From NCBI GenBank assembly GCA_964366385.1, contig CAYITS010000001.1, forward strand, positions 1 through 29,580: 29,580 nt of DNA, in the 5' to 3' direction. Source of the DNA: an uncultured Gammaproteobacteria bacterium (lineage in GTDB: Bacteria > Patescibacteriota > Microgenomatia > UBA8517). Position 1 is the first letter of the stretch. Every line of letters begins with the position of its first letter. The notes under the pieces were generated by a model, which ran no database searches, had not been told where the DNA came from, and saw only the letters and a list, made by a program, of their open reading frames with translations. The position numbers and the translations under genes are program-made. This document shows positions 8,381-15,925 of the stretch, piece by piece.

Positions 8381-8413
8381 GACCAGGTGCTTGAACGGCC
8401 AAAGATCGGTCTG
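8381..8413 (+). tRNA. 5' half of an interrupted tRNA-Cys(GCA), positions 1-34
   Basis: GACCAGG-TG-CTTG-AACGGCC-AAAG-A-TCGGT-CT-G gives an acceptor strand, D-arm, anticodon stem and G34, with the same geometry as the intact tRNA-Cys. Confidence 0.75.
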
Positions 8414-8450
8414 TCCCGCGGAGCGGGATCCTGCTCTGCAGGACAAAACC
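8401..8450 (+). repeat. 50-bp direct repeat, copy 1 (tRNA positions 22-41 plus 30-nt double hairpin)
   Basis: AAAGATcgGTCTG-TCCCGCGGAGCGGGA-TCCTGCTCTGCAGGA-CAAAACC; 41/50 identical to 8801-8850. Confidence 0.9.
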
Positions 8451-8454
8451 ATTT

Positions 8455-8709
8455 ATGTTCTACGTTTACATTCTCCAAAGCTTAAAAAATTTCGATATTT
8501 ACGTTGGATTTACAAACGATCTGAAAAATCGTCTTAAGAAGCATAACCTGGGAAAAGTTCGTTCGACAGAACCTTATAAACCATGGCGGTTGGCATATTA
8601 CGAAGCCTATCAATCAAAAGCTGACGCTACCAAGAGAGAAAAACAGCTAAAAATGCATGCTGTTAAAAAAGAACTTTTATCACACCTGGAGAAAAGCCTG
8701 ACAAAATGA
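8455..8709 (+). CDS. Small stand-alone GIY-YIG nuclease family protein
   Basis: MFYVYIL...YVGFTNDLKNRLKKHN...PWRLAYYE...ATKREKQLK; the Tyr, Arg, His and Glu typical of the family are present. Confidence 0.9.
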   Translation: MFYVYILQSLKNFDIYVGFTNDLKNRLKKHNLGKVRSTEPYKPWRLAYYEAYQSKADATKREKQLKMHAVKKELLSHLEKSLTK

Positions 8710-8724
8710 TAAAATACAAAAACT

Positions 8725-8798
8725 GACCCGTTAGCAGAGTGGTCATGCAACGGTCTGCAAAACCGTGTACGAGGGTTCGATTCCCTCACGGGTCTCCA
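8725..8798 (+). tRNA. tRNA-Cys(GCA), intact, CCA encoded
   Basis: GACCCGT/ACGGGTC acceptor, GCA/TGC D-stem, ACGGT-CTGCAAA-ACCGT anticodon arm, GAGGG-TTCGATT-CCCTC T-arm, U73, CCA. Confidence 0.97.
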
Positions 8799-8800
8799 AG

Positions 8801-8850
8801 AAAGATATGTCTGTCCTGCAGAGCAGGATCTGGCTCTGCCAGACAAAACC
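8801..8850 (+). repeat. 50-bp direct repeat, copy 2
   Basis: AAAGATatGTCTG-TCCTGCAGAGCAGGA-TCTGGCTCTGCCAGA-CAAAACC. Confidence 0.9.
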
Positions 8851-8884
8851 GCTTAAATGGGTTCGACTCCCATCCTGGTCTCTA
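8844..8884 (+). tRNA. 3' half of the interrupted tRNA-Cys(GCA), positions 35-76
   Basis: CA-AA-ACCGC-TTAA-ATGGG-TTCGACT-CCCAT-CCTGGTC-T-CTA. CCTGGTC is the exact complement of GACCAGG at 8381, and U73 is present. Confidence 0.8.
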
Positions 8885-8982
8885 ACTCCACAAAACTTGA
8901 CCCCAGTAACAATTACGGCTCATGCCAAATTATCACCACGGGGTCGGCGGGACGTAGGTTTTTGCAAAAAACTGTACGTCCC

Positions 8983-9012
8983 TTGACTTTTGAAGACTTC
9001 ATGGTGTAGAAT
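8983..9012 (+). promoter_or_regulatory. Putative sigma70 promoter of the M23 peptidase gene
   Basis: TTGACT-N18-TAGAAT, immediately downstream of a 34-bp imperfect palindrome (8949-8982). Confidence 0.55.
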
Positions 9013-9045
9013 TGCGACTCATCTCGCATTCGTGCGGGATTTTTC

Positions 9046-9708
9046 ATGATACAACTATCATTAAATCTACCCAAATATCGTCTTCATTTACATCTGGTAA
9101 AAAGGCGGGGGGCTGACTTGGATTTGCCGCTTTTTCCAAAGCTTGACGACATTAAAAAAACCCGCAGCGGAAACAAGCTGTCCCGCTTTTTTAGGCACGT
9201 ATTCGAGCACAAAAACATTAAAAGGGTTTTTGGTGCAAATATGGCCTTAGTGATTATGGCGACACAGTTTATACCCAATATTCCGCCAAGCGTTGAGGCC
9301 GAGGAGACAATCATCAGGGAAACCGAAACTCCGATTACAACCATAAGAGATGTTCAATATCCCGTTAAAGAGGTTCGAATAACTCAGGGTTATTCTTTCT
9401 TCCATCCTGGATTGGATCTGGACGGAGTTACGGGAGATGAAATAAAATCCATAAAATCGGGAAAAGTTGAGGCCATATCGTATTCAAAATACGCATACGG
9501 AAATGCTGTTCTGGTAAATCACGGAAACAAGCTCACTTCCCTTTATGCCCACCTCTCTAAAATAGAAGTAAATGAAGGAGAAGAAGTTACCACCCTAACA
9601 AAGTTGGGAGAAATGGGTGCAACCGGACGTTCTTTTGGCGACCATTTGCATTTAGAAATTAGGGAAAACGGAATTCCCATAAATCCATATTCCGTGCTTC
9701 CCAGGTAA
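9046..9708 (+). CDS. M23 family metallopeptidase
   Basis: HPGLDL (HxxxD), YGNAVLVNHG, SLYAHLS, GATGRSFGDHLHLE (HxH). Exact start uncertain. Confidence 0.9.
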   Translation: MIQLSLNLPKYRLHLHLVKRRGADLDLPLFPKLDDIKKTRSGNKLSRFFRHVFEHKNIKRVFGANMALVIMATQFIPNIPPSVEAEETIIRETETPITTIRDVQYPVKEVRITQGYSFFHPGLDLDGVTGDEIKSIKSGKVEAISYSKYAYGNAVLVNHGNKLTSLYAHLSKIEVNEGEEVTTLTKLGEMGATGRSFGDHLHLEIRENGIPINPYSVLPR

Positions 9709-9727
9709 ATTCAAACAATTCTCACCC

Positions 9728-9766
9728 TTGACAAAGAGTCAAATGTATTGTATCATTATGTACAAT
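9728..9766 (+). promoter_or_regulatory. brnTA promoter with overlapping palindromic operator
   Basis: TTGACA-N17-TATCAT. The inverted repeat ATTGTA-N8-TACAAT (9747-9766) covers the -10 box. Confidence 0.7.
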
Positions 9767-9769
9767 GTC

Positions 9770-10057
9770 ATGGATGGGTTTGATTGGGATTGGGCAAACA
9801 TCGAAAAGAATAAGATAAAGCACGGGGTAGAGCCAAACGAATGTGAAGAGATATTTTTCGAAAGACCGTTGGTTACCCTAAAGGACATCAAACATTCCCA
9901 AACAGAAAGAAGGTATAAAGCTCTTGGAATTACAAAAAAAGGAAGAAAATTACACGTCACTTTTATAATCAGAAAGAACAAAATTAGGGTAATTTCGGTA
10001 AGGAACCAAAGCCGAAAAGAAAGGAAATTATATGAAAAAAGCTATCAAAACAGGTAA
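9770..10057 (+). CDS. BrnT family toxin
   Basis: FDWDWANIEKNKIKHGV...ECEEIF...HSQTERRYKALG...[17 protein letters not shown]. Start set at the ATG at 9770 because the track start lies in the -35 box. Confidence 0.88.
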   Translation: MDGFDWDWANIEKNKIKHGVEPNECEEIFFERPLVTLKDIKHSQTERRYKALGITKKGRKLHVTFIIRKNKIRVISVRNQSRKERKLYEKSYQNR

Positions 10058-10331
10058 AAAAAGCTTGCCAACAATTCCAAAGTTCAAAAACGAGGACGAG
10101 GAAAGGGATTTTTGGGCAACGCATGATTTAACTGACTATTTACACATTTTCAAACCTGTTAAATTAGACTTTTCGAAACTAAAACCGTCTACCAAGCCCG
10201 TAACGGTCCGCTTACCCCTGTCTTTGGTTGAAGATCTAAAGATTATGGCCAATAAACGCGATGTCCCCTACCAATCTCTGATGAAAATACTTCTGGCTGA
10301 AAAAATCCGCGAAGAGTTTCCTTCCGTTTAG
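10032..10331 (+). CDS. BrnA/CopG-like antitoxin
   Basis: [22 protein letters not shown]...KPVTVRLP...[16 protein letters not shown]; overlaps the toxin 3' end. Confidence 0.85.
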   Translation: MKKAIKTGKKSLPTIPKFKNEDEERDFWATHDLTDYLHIFKPVKLDFSKLKPSTKPVTVRLPLSLVEDLKIMANKRDVPYQSLMKILLAEKIREEFPSV

Positions 10332-11956
10332 TAATCCATTCCACCCATTCCCGGTGAAGTCTGGGGTTTGTTTTCAGGCTTTTCCAATTCTGTTATTAGT
10401 CCTTCAGTTGTTAAAACCATCATCGCCACCGAGGCCGCGTTTTGCAGCGCCGATCGCGTAACTTTCAAAGGATCCAAAATCCCAAAACTGGTCATTGATC
10501 CAAATTCACCCGTTAAAGCGTTAAAACCATAATCACTGTTTTTCACTTCTTCAATTTTCTTTAAGACGTATCCATCATCTTCTCCTGAGTTTTTAGCTAA
10601 CCATCTGATTGGCTGCTCGAGCGCAGACCAGACTATATCAATTCCTACTTTTTCGTCTCCGCCGGCATCAATCCTTATTGTTTTAAGTGCTTCTCTGGCT
10701 TTAAGAAGGGCGACACCGCCACCGGGTAATGTTCCCTCTTCAATTGCTGCCTTCGTTGCCCCCACCGCGTCATTTACTCTTTCTTTTTTCTCGTTAAGCT
10801 CAATTTCCGTAGCCGCCCCAACATTAATTTGAGCCACACCGCCTGCGAGCTTTGCCAGTCTCTCTTCCAATTTCTCTTTATCAAAATCGGAATCGGTTTC
10901 AGTTATTTGCCTCTTAAGAAGAGTTATTCTGGAATTAATCGCTTTTTTCTCTCCTTTTCCTCCAATTATCCTTGCGTTATCTTTATCCGCCCAAACTTTA
11001 TCGGCCTGACCCAAATCGGTCATTTCGATTGATTCAAAAGTCTTTCCGGTGTCCTCGGAGATTACCGTTCCCCCCGTTAAAACCGCCAGGTCATCGAGCA
11101 TTTCCTTGCGTCTGTCTCCAAATCCCGGAGCCTTAATCGCCAAAATATTAAAAGTTCCGCGGAGCTTATTGACAACCAAGGTTGCCAAAGCCTCGCCTTC
11201 GATCTCATCGGCGACAATGACCAAGTTTTTAGAAACCTTTACAAATTTTTCCAAAAAAGGAAGAAGGTCTTGTATTGCGGTAATTTTTTTGTCCGTTAAA
11301 AGAAGATAGGCATTCTCAATTTCCGCTTCCATTCTTTCCGGGTTCGTAACAAAATAAGGCGAGACATAGCCCCTGTCAAACTCCATTCCTTCCTTGTATT
11401 CAATGTCTATCGTTAGCCCCTTTCCCTCTTCAACTGTCACTACCCCGTCTCTTCCTACCTTATCCAAAGCTTCCGCGATCTTGGCGCCAATTTCTTCGTC
11501 TCCGGCAGAAATTGTGGCCACCTGAGTGATTCCCTCTTTGTTTTTAATAGGTTTCGCGGTTTTTTTAAGTTCATCAATCACTGCCGCAACTGCCTTTTCG
11601 ATACCTTTTTTGACTACCATCGGATTTGCTCCCGCCGTAATATTTTTCATTCCGATTTGAGTCATAACCTGAGCAAGAAGAGTTGCCGTTGTCGTCCCGT
11701 CACCGGCAACATCATTGGTTTTTGAAGCCGCCTCTTTTACAAGCTGGGCTCCCATATTTTCAAAAGGGTCGGGTAAATCAATCTCTTTGGCGACAGAAAC
11801 GCCGTCATGAACGATGCTTGGAGCACCCCACTTTTTGTCTAAGGCAATATTTCTTCCCTTCGGCCCCAGGGTGGTAACAACCGCTTTGGCAACAATATCA
11901 ATCCCTTTTAATAGAGACTGTCTTGCGTCATCTGAAAATCTTAGTTGTTTTGCCAT
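10328..11956 (-). CDS. groEL: Chaperonin GroEL
   Basis: [46 protein letters not shown] and a C-terminal GMGGMDY. Confidence 0.99.
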   Translation of the reverse strand: MAKQLRFSDDARQSLLKGIDIVAKAVVTTLGPKGRNIALDKKWGAPSIVHDGVSVAKEIDLPDPFENMGAQLVKEAASKTNDVAGDGTTTATLLAQVMTQIGMKNITAGANPMVVKKGIEKAVAAVIDELKKTAKPIKNKEGITQVATISAGDEEIGAKIAEALDKVGRDGVVTVEEGKGLTIDIEYKEGMEFDRGYVSPYFVTNPERMEAEIENAYLLLTDKKITAIQDLLPFLEKFVKVSKNLVIVADEIEGEALATLVVNKLRGTFNILAIKAPGFGDRRKEMLDDLAVLTGGTVISEDTGKTFESIEMTDLGQADKVWADKDNARIIGGKGEKKAINSRITLLKRQITETDSDFDKEKLEERLAKLAGGVAQINVGAATEIELNEKKERVNDAVGATKAAIEEGTLPGGGVALLKAREALKTIRIDAGGDEKVGIDIVWSALEQPIRWLAKNSGEDDGYVLKKIEEVKNSDYGFNALTGEFGSMTSFGILDPLKVTRSALQNAASVAMMVLTTEGLITELEKPENKPQTSPGMGGMDY

Positions 11957-11979
11957 GGTTCGACTTTGCTCACCACAAG

Positions 11980-12276
11980 TTAGTTCGTTTCGACAGCGAG
12001 AATGTCCTCAAACTTGGAAAAAAGATATTCTTTCCCGCCGATTTTAACTTCACTTCCCCCCCACTTTTTGTATATTACAACATCCCCAACTTTAACCGGA
12101 GATTTTTTCTTAGCTCCCGAATCTGTAATCTCATCGGCTCCTATCGCCAATACTTTTCCCTTTTGGGGTTTCTCTCCTGCCGAATCCGGAAGATAAATAC
12201 CCGAAGCCGTTTTTGTTTCAGCCTCCAAGGGTTCAACAAGAAGATATCCGGCAGTCGGTTTAAGATTAATTTTCAT
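11980..12276 (-). CDS. groES: Co-chaperonin GroES
   Basis: [25 protein letters not shown]...VKVGDVV...EDILAV. Confidence 0.98.
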   Translation of the reverse strand: MKINLKPTAGYLLVEPLEAETKTASGIYLPDSAGEKPQKGKVLAIGADEITDSGAKKKSPVKVGDVVIYKKWGGSEVKIGGKEYLFSKFEDILAVETN

Positions 12277-12282
12277 ATTATA

Positions 12283-12309
12283 TTAGCAACTACTAACGGC
12301 GAGTGCCAT
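12283..12309 (-). promoter_or_regulatory. CIRCE-like (HrcA) operator
   Basis: TTAGCAACT-N9-GAGTGCCAT versus consensus TTAGCACTC-N9-GAGTGCTAA, lying between the promoter and the groES start. Confidence 0.7.
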
Positions 12310-12337
12310 TCTACACAACGACCCTTAGTTGTGTCAA
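12308..12337 (-). promoter_or_regulatory. groESL promoter
   Basis: Minus strand TTGACA-N18-TAGAAT; the -10 box abuts the CIRCE-like element. Confidence 0.65.
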
Positions 12338-12343
12338 GAGGTA
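12332..12343 (+). repeat. 12-bp direct repeat, left boundary of the pyr operon
   Basis: TGTCAAGAGGTA, identical to 17015-17026 and 5 nt from the pyrD stop. Confidence 0.8.
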
Positions 12344-12348
12344 GTCTT

Positions 12349-13437
12349 TTAGATGGCCGTTCCAACCATCTCGCTAATGTTATCCAAACCCTCTCTTTCT
12401 ATATAGACCACAAGGTCTTTATTAATGGTTTTAATCATCCCCGGACCTTCATAAACCAAACCTGTATAAACCTGAACAAGCGATGCTCCTACTTGCATTT
12501 TTCTAACAACATCTTCAGCGTTAAACACTCCACCCACACCAATGATAGGCAGCGTACCTTTAGAAATTTTATATACAGTCCGAATTGTATCTAAGGACTT
12601 TTGAACCAACGGCCTCCCTGAAAGGCCGCCTCTTTTGTTTTTAAAAGTGCTGGTTAGCCCCTCTCTCAAAACTGTGGTATTCGTGGCAATAATTCCATTT
12701 ACACCAAACTCCATAGCTGTATCGACAATATCACCAATTTCTCGTTCCGAATTCTCAAAATCAGGTGCAATTTTTAGAAGTAGAGGTTTCACTATTTGCC
12801 GTTCATCCATTTCCTTTCTAACCCGACCGATCAACTCTCTTAGGGCTTCTTTGCCTTGGAGCTCACGTAGTCTAGCTGTGTTTGGAGAAGAAACATTAAT
12901 AACCAGATAATCCGCAAAAGCTGCTAAATTTATCAAAACTTCTACATAATCATCAGCTCCCCTGCCTTCATCAACACTTCTCTTATTAGCTCCGGCATTA
13001 ACTCCGAGAACCATTTTTCTTTCTCGAGTATTTGCTAAATTATCAAGGACTTCCTCCATACCCAAACCTGGAAAGCCCATTCGATTAATTAGAGCTTTAT
13101 CTTCACCAAGTCTAAAAATACGGGGTCTTTCACTTCCTCTCTGGAATTTTGGAGTAACAGTTCCTATTTCAACATGACCAAATCCCAAAGCACCTAGTGC
13201 CATCGGCGCCACAGCGTTTTTATCAAATCCTGCCGCAAGACCGAGAGGATTTTCAAAATGTAGTCCCCATGTAGTTACATTCAACCTAGGATCGCGACAA
13301 GAATAAATCCTTTCCAAAAACTCTCTTATAAAACGATATTTTTCTGCTATCTTAAGAAGTTGAATTGTTGTGTCGTGGGTAGATTCGGGGTCAAAATGGG
13401 AAACTACCGGAAAGACGACCTCCTTATATAAAGACAT
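12349..13437 (-). CDS. pyrD: Dihydroorotate dehydrogenase, class 2 (quinone-type)
   Basis: NPLGLAAGFDKN, EIGTVTP, RPRIFRL, INRMGF, INVSSPNT, LLKIAPD, ATNTT, GGLSG, IIGVGG, LVQVYTGLVYEGP. Confidence 0.95.
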   Translation of the reverse strand: MSLYKEVVFPVVSHFDPESTHDTTIQLLKIAEKYRFIREFLERIYSCRDPRLNVTTWGLHFENPLGLAAGFDKNAVAPMALGALGFGHVEIGTVTPKFQRGSERPRIFRLGEDKALINRMGFPGLGMEEVLDNLANTRERKMVLGVNAGANKRSVDEGRGADDYVEVLINLAAFADYLVINVSSPNTARLRELQGKEALRELIGRVRKEMDERQIVKPLLLKIAPDFENSEREIGDIVDTAMEFGVNGIIATNTTVLREGLTSTFKNKRGGLSGRPLVQKSLDTIRTVYKISKGTLPIIGVGGVFNAEDVVRKMQVGASLVQVYTGLVYEGPGMIKTINKDLVVYIEREGLDNISEMVGTAI

Positions 13438-13453
13438 ATATTTTAGACAAAAA

Positions 13454-14521
13454 CTAATCTGGAAATATTACCTTTCCCCTAGGTCCTTTAACTTCTTCTC
13501 CATCAAACACTACTTCTCCCCTAAGAACCACTTTATTTATTCGTCCGGTTACCCTCATTCCCTCAAATGGAGTCCAACCGCATTTTGTTCTTAACTTCAA
13601 TGCATCAATTATGTAACTTTCCTTTATATCAACCTCGGCATAGGTTTCCGGCTGCTTAATAATCCCAAATATTTTTCTTGGATTTGTTGAGGTTAGTTTG
13701 ACAACTTGGTCTAAAGTCAGCTTGTCTTCTGCAACCGCTGTTAAAAGAAGGGGGAGAGCCGTCTCGAGGCCGGGGACACCGAATGGAGGTTTTTCAGATA
13801 ATTTCTCTTCTTTAGTGTGAGGGGCATGATCTGTTGCTATCATGTCAATTACTCCTAATTTCAGATTTTCCCAAAGAGCAAGCCTATCCATTTCAGTTTT
13901 CAAAGAAGGTTTCATTACACCAAAAGGTCCTAAAGCTTGCGCATCCGCTTCTGTAAGAAATAAATGGTGTGGGGTTACTTCACAGGTAACAGGTAAACCT
14001 TCTTCTTTTGCTTCCCTTGCCATTTCTACATCTTCTTTTGTGGCTACATGAGCAATATGGAGCCTTCTATTATTAAGCCTGGCAAGTGTAATCGCTGTTG
14101 CCAAAGTTTCTCCTTCAGCATGAACGATGATGGGTTTTTCTCTTGGCCACCTAGAAAAAACTCGATTTAATTCATTTTTGTCTTCCATCAATAAAGTTCC
14201 TGTTGTATGGTTCATATAAATTTTCAATCCAAATATTTGATCTTTCACCTCCTCAAAATACTCAAATCCTTGGGATGTTGCTCCAAAATGAAAGCCTATA
14301 TCGCAATAAACTCTATTTTCGGCCAGTACAATTTTTCTTTGTAAGGCTCCTGGAGAAATTGTCGGTTCAGGATTATTCGGCATATCCAAAACGGTTGAAA
14401 AACCCCCAGCTATAGCAGCCATTGTTCCTGTTTCAAAATCTTCTTTATGAGTCGCTCCTGGTTCGCGAAGGTGGACATGAGGATCGACTAAACCAGGCAA
14501 CTTTATATATTCTGCACTCAT
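13454..14521 (-). CDS. pyrC: Dihydroorotase (resembles the CAD-type DHO domain)
   Basis: LPGLVDPHVHLREPG, AAIAGG, DMPN, KIYMN, HAE, CEVTPHHL, TDHAPH, PGLETALP, GWTPFEG. Confidence 0.93.
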   Translation of the reverse strand: MSAEYIKLPGLVDPHVHLREPGATHKEDFETGTMAAIAGGFSTVLDMPNNPEPTISPGALQRKIVLAENRVYCDIGFHFGATSQGFEYFEEVKDQIFGLKIYMNHTTGTLLMEDKNELNRVFSRWPREKPIIVHAEGETLATAITLARLNNRRLHIAHVATKEDVEMAREAKEEGLPVTCEVTPHHLFLTEADAQALGPFGVMKPSLKTEMDRLALWENLKLGVIDMIATDHAPHTKEEKLSEKPPFGVPGLETALPLLLTAVAEDKLTLDQVVKLTSTNPRKIFGIIKQPETYAEVDIKESYIIDALKLRTKCGWTPFEGMRVTGRINKVVLRGEVVFDGEEVKGPRGKVIFPD

Positions 14522-15210
14522 TGTTGCTGTTTAAGTAAAGCTAGAAAATTGTTCAAATCCTGCAATCCTTGATCAATCCCAGCTCGATCCTTAATACCAA
14601 TTTGACCCACCCTTATATAAAAATCCAGCATTTTTGTCATAGTCATGGCCGAATGCAGCTTCAATGACTTTTCGGCCAACTCCTCCCTTCCGCCTTGTTC
14701 ACGATCAACTAGCACAACGACATCATTAACGACTAAACCCTTTTGGATAAGAACTTTAGCAGCTTCTAGTTTTGAGTCTGCTCTGGTAACCAAATCATCT
14801 ACCAGTAAGACGACTTTTCCTTTATCTGAATTCAAAAAACCGTCAATCTTTGCCCCGGTGCCATGTGCTTTCGCATCTGTTCTTGGTGTTATCATTCCAA
14901 TTCCCAATCTGTCTGATAAAGAGGCAACTAATGGAGTTGCTGCAGTAGGAATATCAGCCAACAAATCGAATTTTAAAGGACTGACTAACTCTTGGTAAAC
15001 ATTTACAGCCGCTAATTTGGCTTGTGGAAATCTTCGAAGCATTCTTAAATCAATATAAATAGGGGATAATGGTGCTTCGGGATGCAGGTCATGAAGTTTT
15101 AATTTAAAAGCGCCGAACTTTATGGCACCGATATCAAAGAGTTCTTTAGACAAAGTTTCTTGTACTCCGGTTAAACCTTCGAGACGATCATTTGATTTTA
15201 ATCTCTCCAT
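14518..15210 (-). CDS. pyrE: Orotate phosphoribosyltransferase
   Basis: FKLK...SPIYIDLR, KAHGTG, VLLVDDLVTRADS (PRPP loop), VLVDREQGG. Confidence 0.92.
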   Translation of the reverse strand: MERLKSNDRLEGLTGVQETLSKELFDIGAIKFGAFKLKLHDLHPEAPLSPIYIDLRMLRRFPQAKLAAVNVYQELVSPLKFDLLADIPTAATPLVASLSDRLGIGMITPRTDAKAHGTGAKIDGFLNSDKGKVVLLVDDLVTRADSKLEAAKVLIQKGLVVNDVVVLVDREQGGREELAEKSLKLHSAMTMTKMLDFYIRVGQIGIKDRAGIDQGLQDLNNFLALLKQQQ

Positions 15211-15917
15211 ATTTTACTTGTCATTTGCTCCGCCGCCTCGTGTATATCAACCGCTTTGTAGATAGCTCTTCCCACAATTGCATGCCATTTATTTCCTGCC
15301 GCTTTTGCAAAGTCAGAAATCTCTCCTCCCTGGGTTATAAAGCCGGGAGCATAAAGTGTAAAATTATCTTTACCTAAGATATTTTCAAATAATGTTCTGT
15401 AATGATCAACAAATTCAACCTTGTTTCCGGGAACTACAAAATCTGTAACTCCTTCTTGTGCCGCGATAGTAAAAATTCTTTCAGGTGCTTCATCTGCTAG
15501 AGATCCGCCTTCACTCCATAAAAATTTTGGCTGTGTCATATGAGCTCCTACCAGAACTCCTAATTGTTTATCTTGGCAAGCTTTTATCCAGTCTTTCTCT
15601 GTAGCCTCACCGGCAAAAGGAAAAAGAATAACTGCATCAACTCCTGACTGTTTACACACTTTTGCAAATTCGGCACCCATTGCAGGTATATCGTTTCCGG
15701 CTTTCTGGTGGTCATAAATAACAGGAAGATCAGTGTGGTCTTTTACTGTACTTACAACTCTGGCTAGGCCTTCTTCCAAAGCAAGCGATAAACCAACCTT
15801 GTATCCTCCCACGCCTTCGACTAGACATGTTTCCTCGACCAACTTGGAGAGTTTTGACGTTTCAACATCCGCAGCTACTACCACGCTTCTGTCAAAACCA
15901 ATTATTCTTTCAACCAT
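15198..15917 (-). CDS. pyrF: Orotidine-5'-phosphate decarboxylase with a variant catalytic motif
   Basis: VVVAADV, GYKVG, DHQKAGNDIP, VVPG, PGFITQGG, IVGRAIY, plus operon context. Confidence 0.85.
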   Translation of the reverse strand: MVERIIGFDRSVVVAADVETSKLSKLVEETCLVEGVGGYKVGLSLALEEGLARVVSTVKDHTDLPVIYDHQKAGNDIPAMGAEFAKVCKQSGVDAVILFPFAGEATEKDWIKACQDKQLGVLVGAHMTQPKFLWSEGGSLADEAPERIFTIAAQEGVTDFVVPGNKVEFVDHYRTLFENILGKDNFTLYAPGFITQGGEISDFAKAAGNKWHAIVGRAIYKAVDIHEAAEQMTSKIWRD

Positions 15918-15925
15918 AAATTTTT

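Larger units (their letters stand above)
8401..8850 (+). mobile_element. Putative minimal tRNA-targeting cassette (repeat - GIY-YIG - tRNA-Cys - repeat)
   Basis: Direct repeats exactly 400 bp apart, lying inside a tRNA gene and enclosing a nuclease ORF plus a complete tRNA. Mobility is inferred; no integrase or transposase is present. Confidence 0.5.

Noticed and set aside
8414-8843. Group I intron or archaeal-type BHB intron in tRNA-Cys
   Set aside because: The 5' exon ends in G, not U, and the insert ends in A, not G. There is no room for a group I core, and the junction does not form a 3-4-3 bulge-helix-bulge.
8401-8850. CRISPR array suggested by palindromic direct repeats
   Set aside because: Only two 50-bp copies with a 350-bp gene-containing interval, and no cas genes in the window.
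8610-8986. ORFs 8610-8846 (-) and 8765-8986 (+)
   Set aside because: They overlap the tRNA and repeats; the RNA interpretation explains the sequence better.
11923-12594. 223-aa plus-strand ORF
   Set aside because: Antisense shadow across groES, its promoter and pyrD, with no recognisable motifs.
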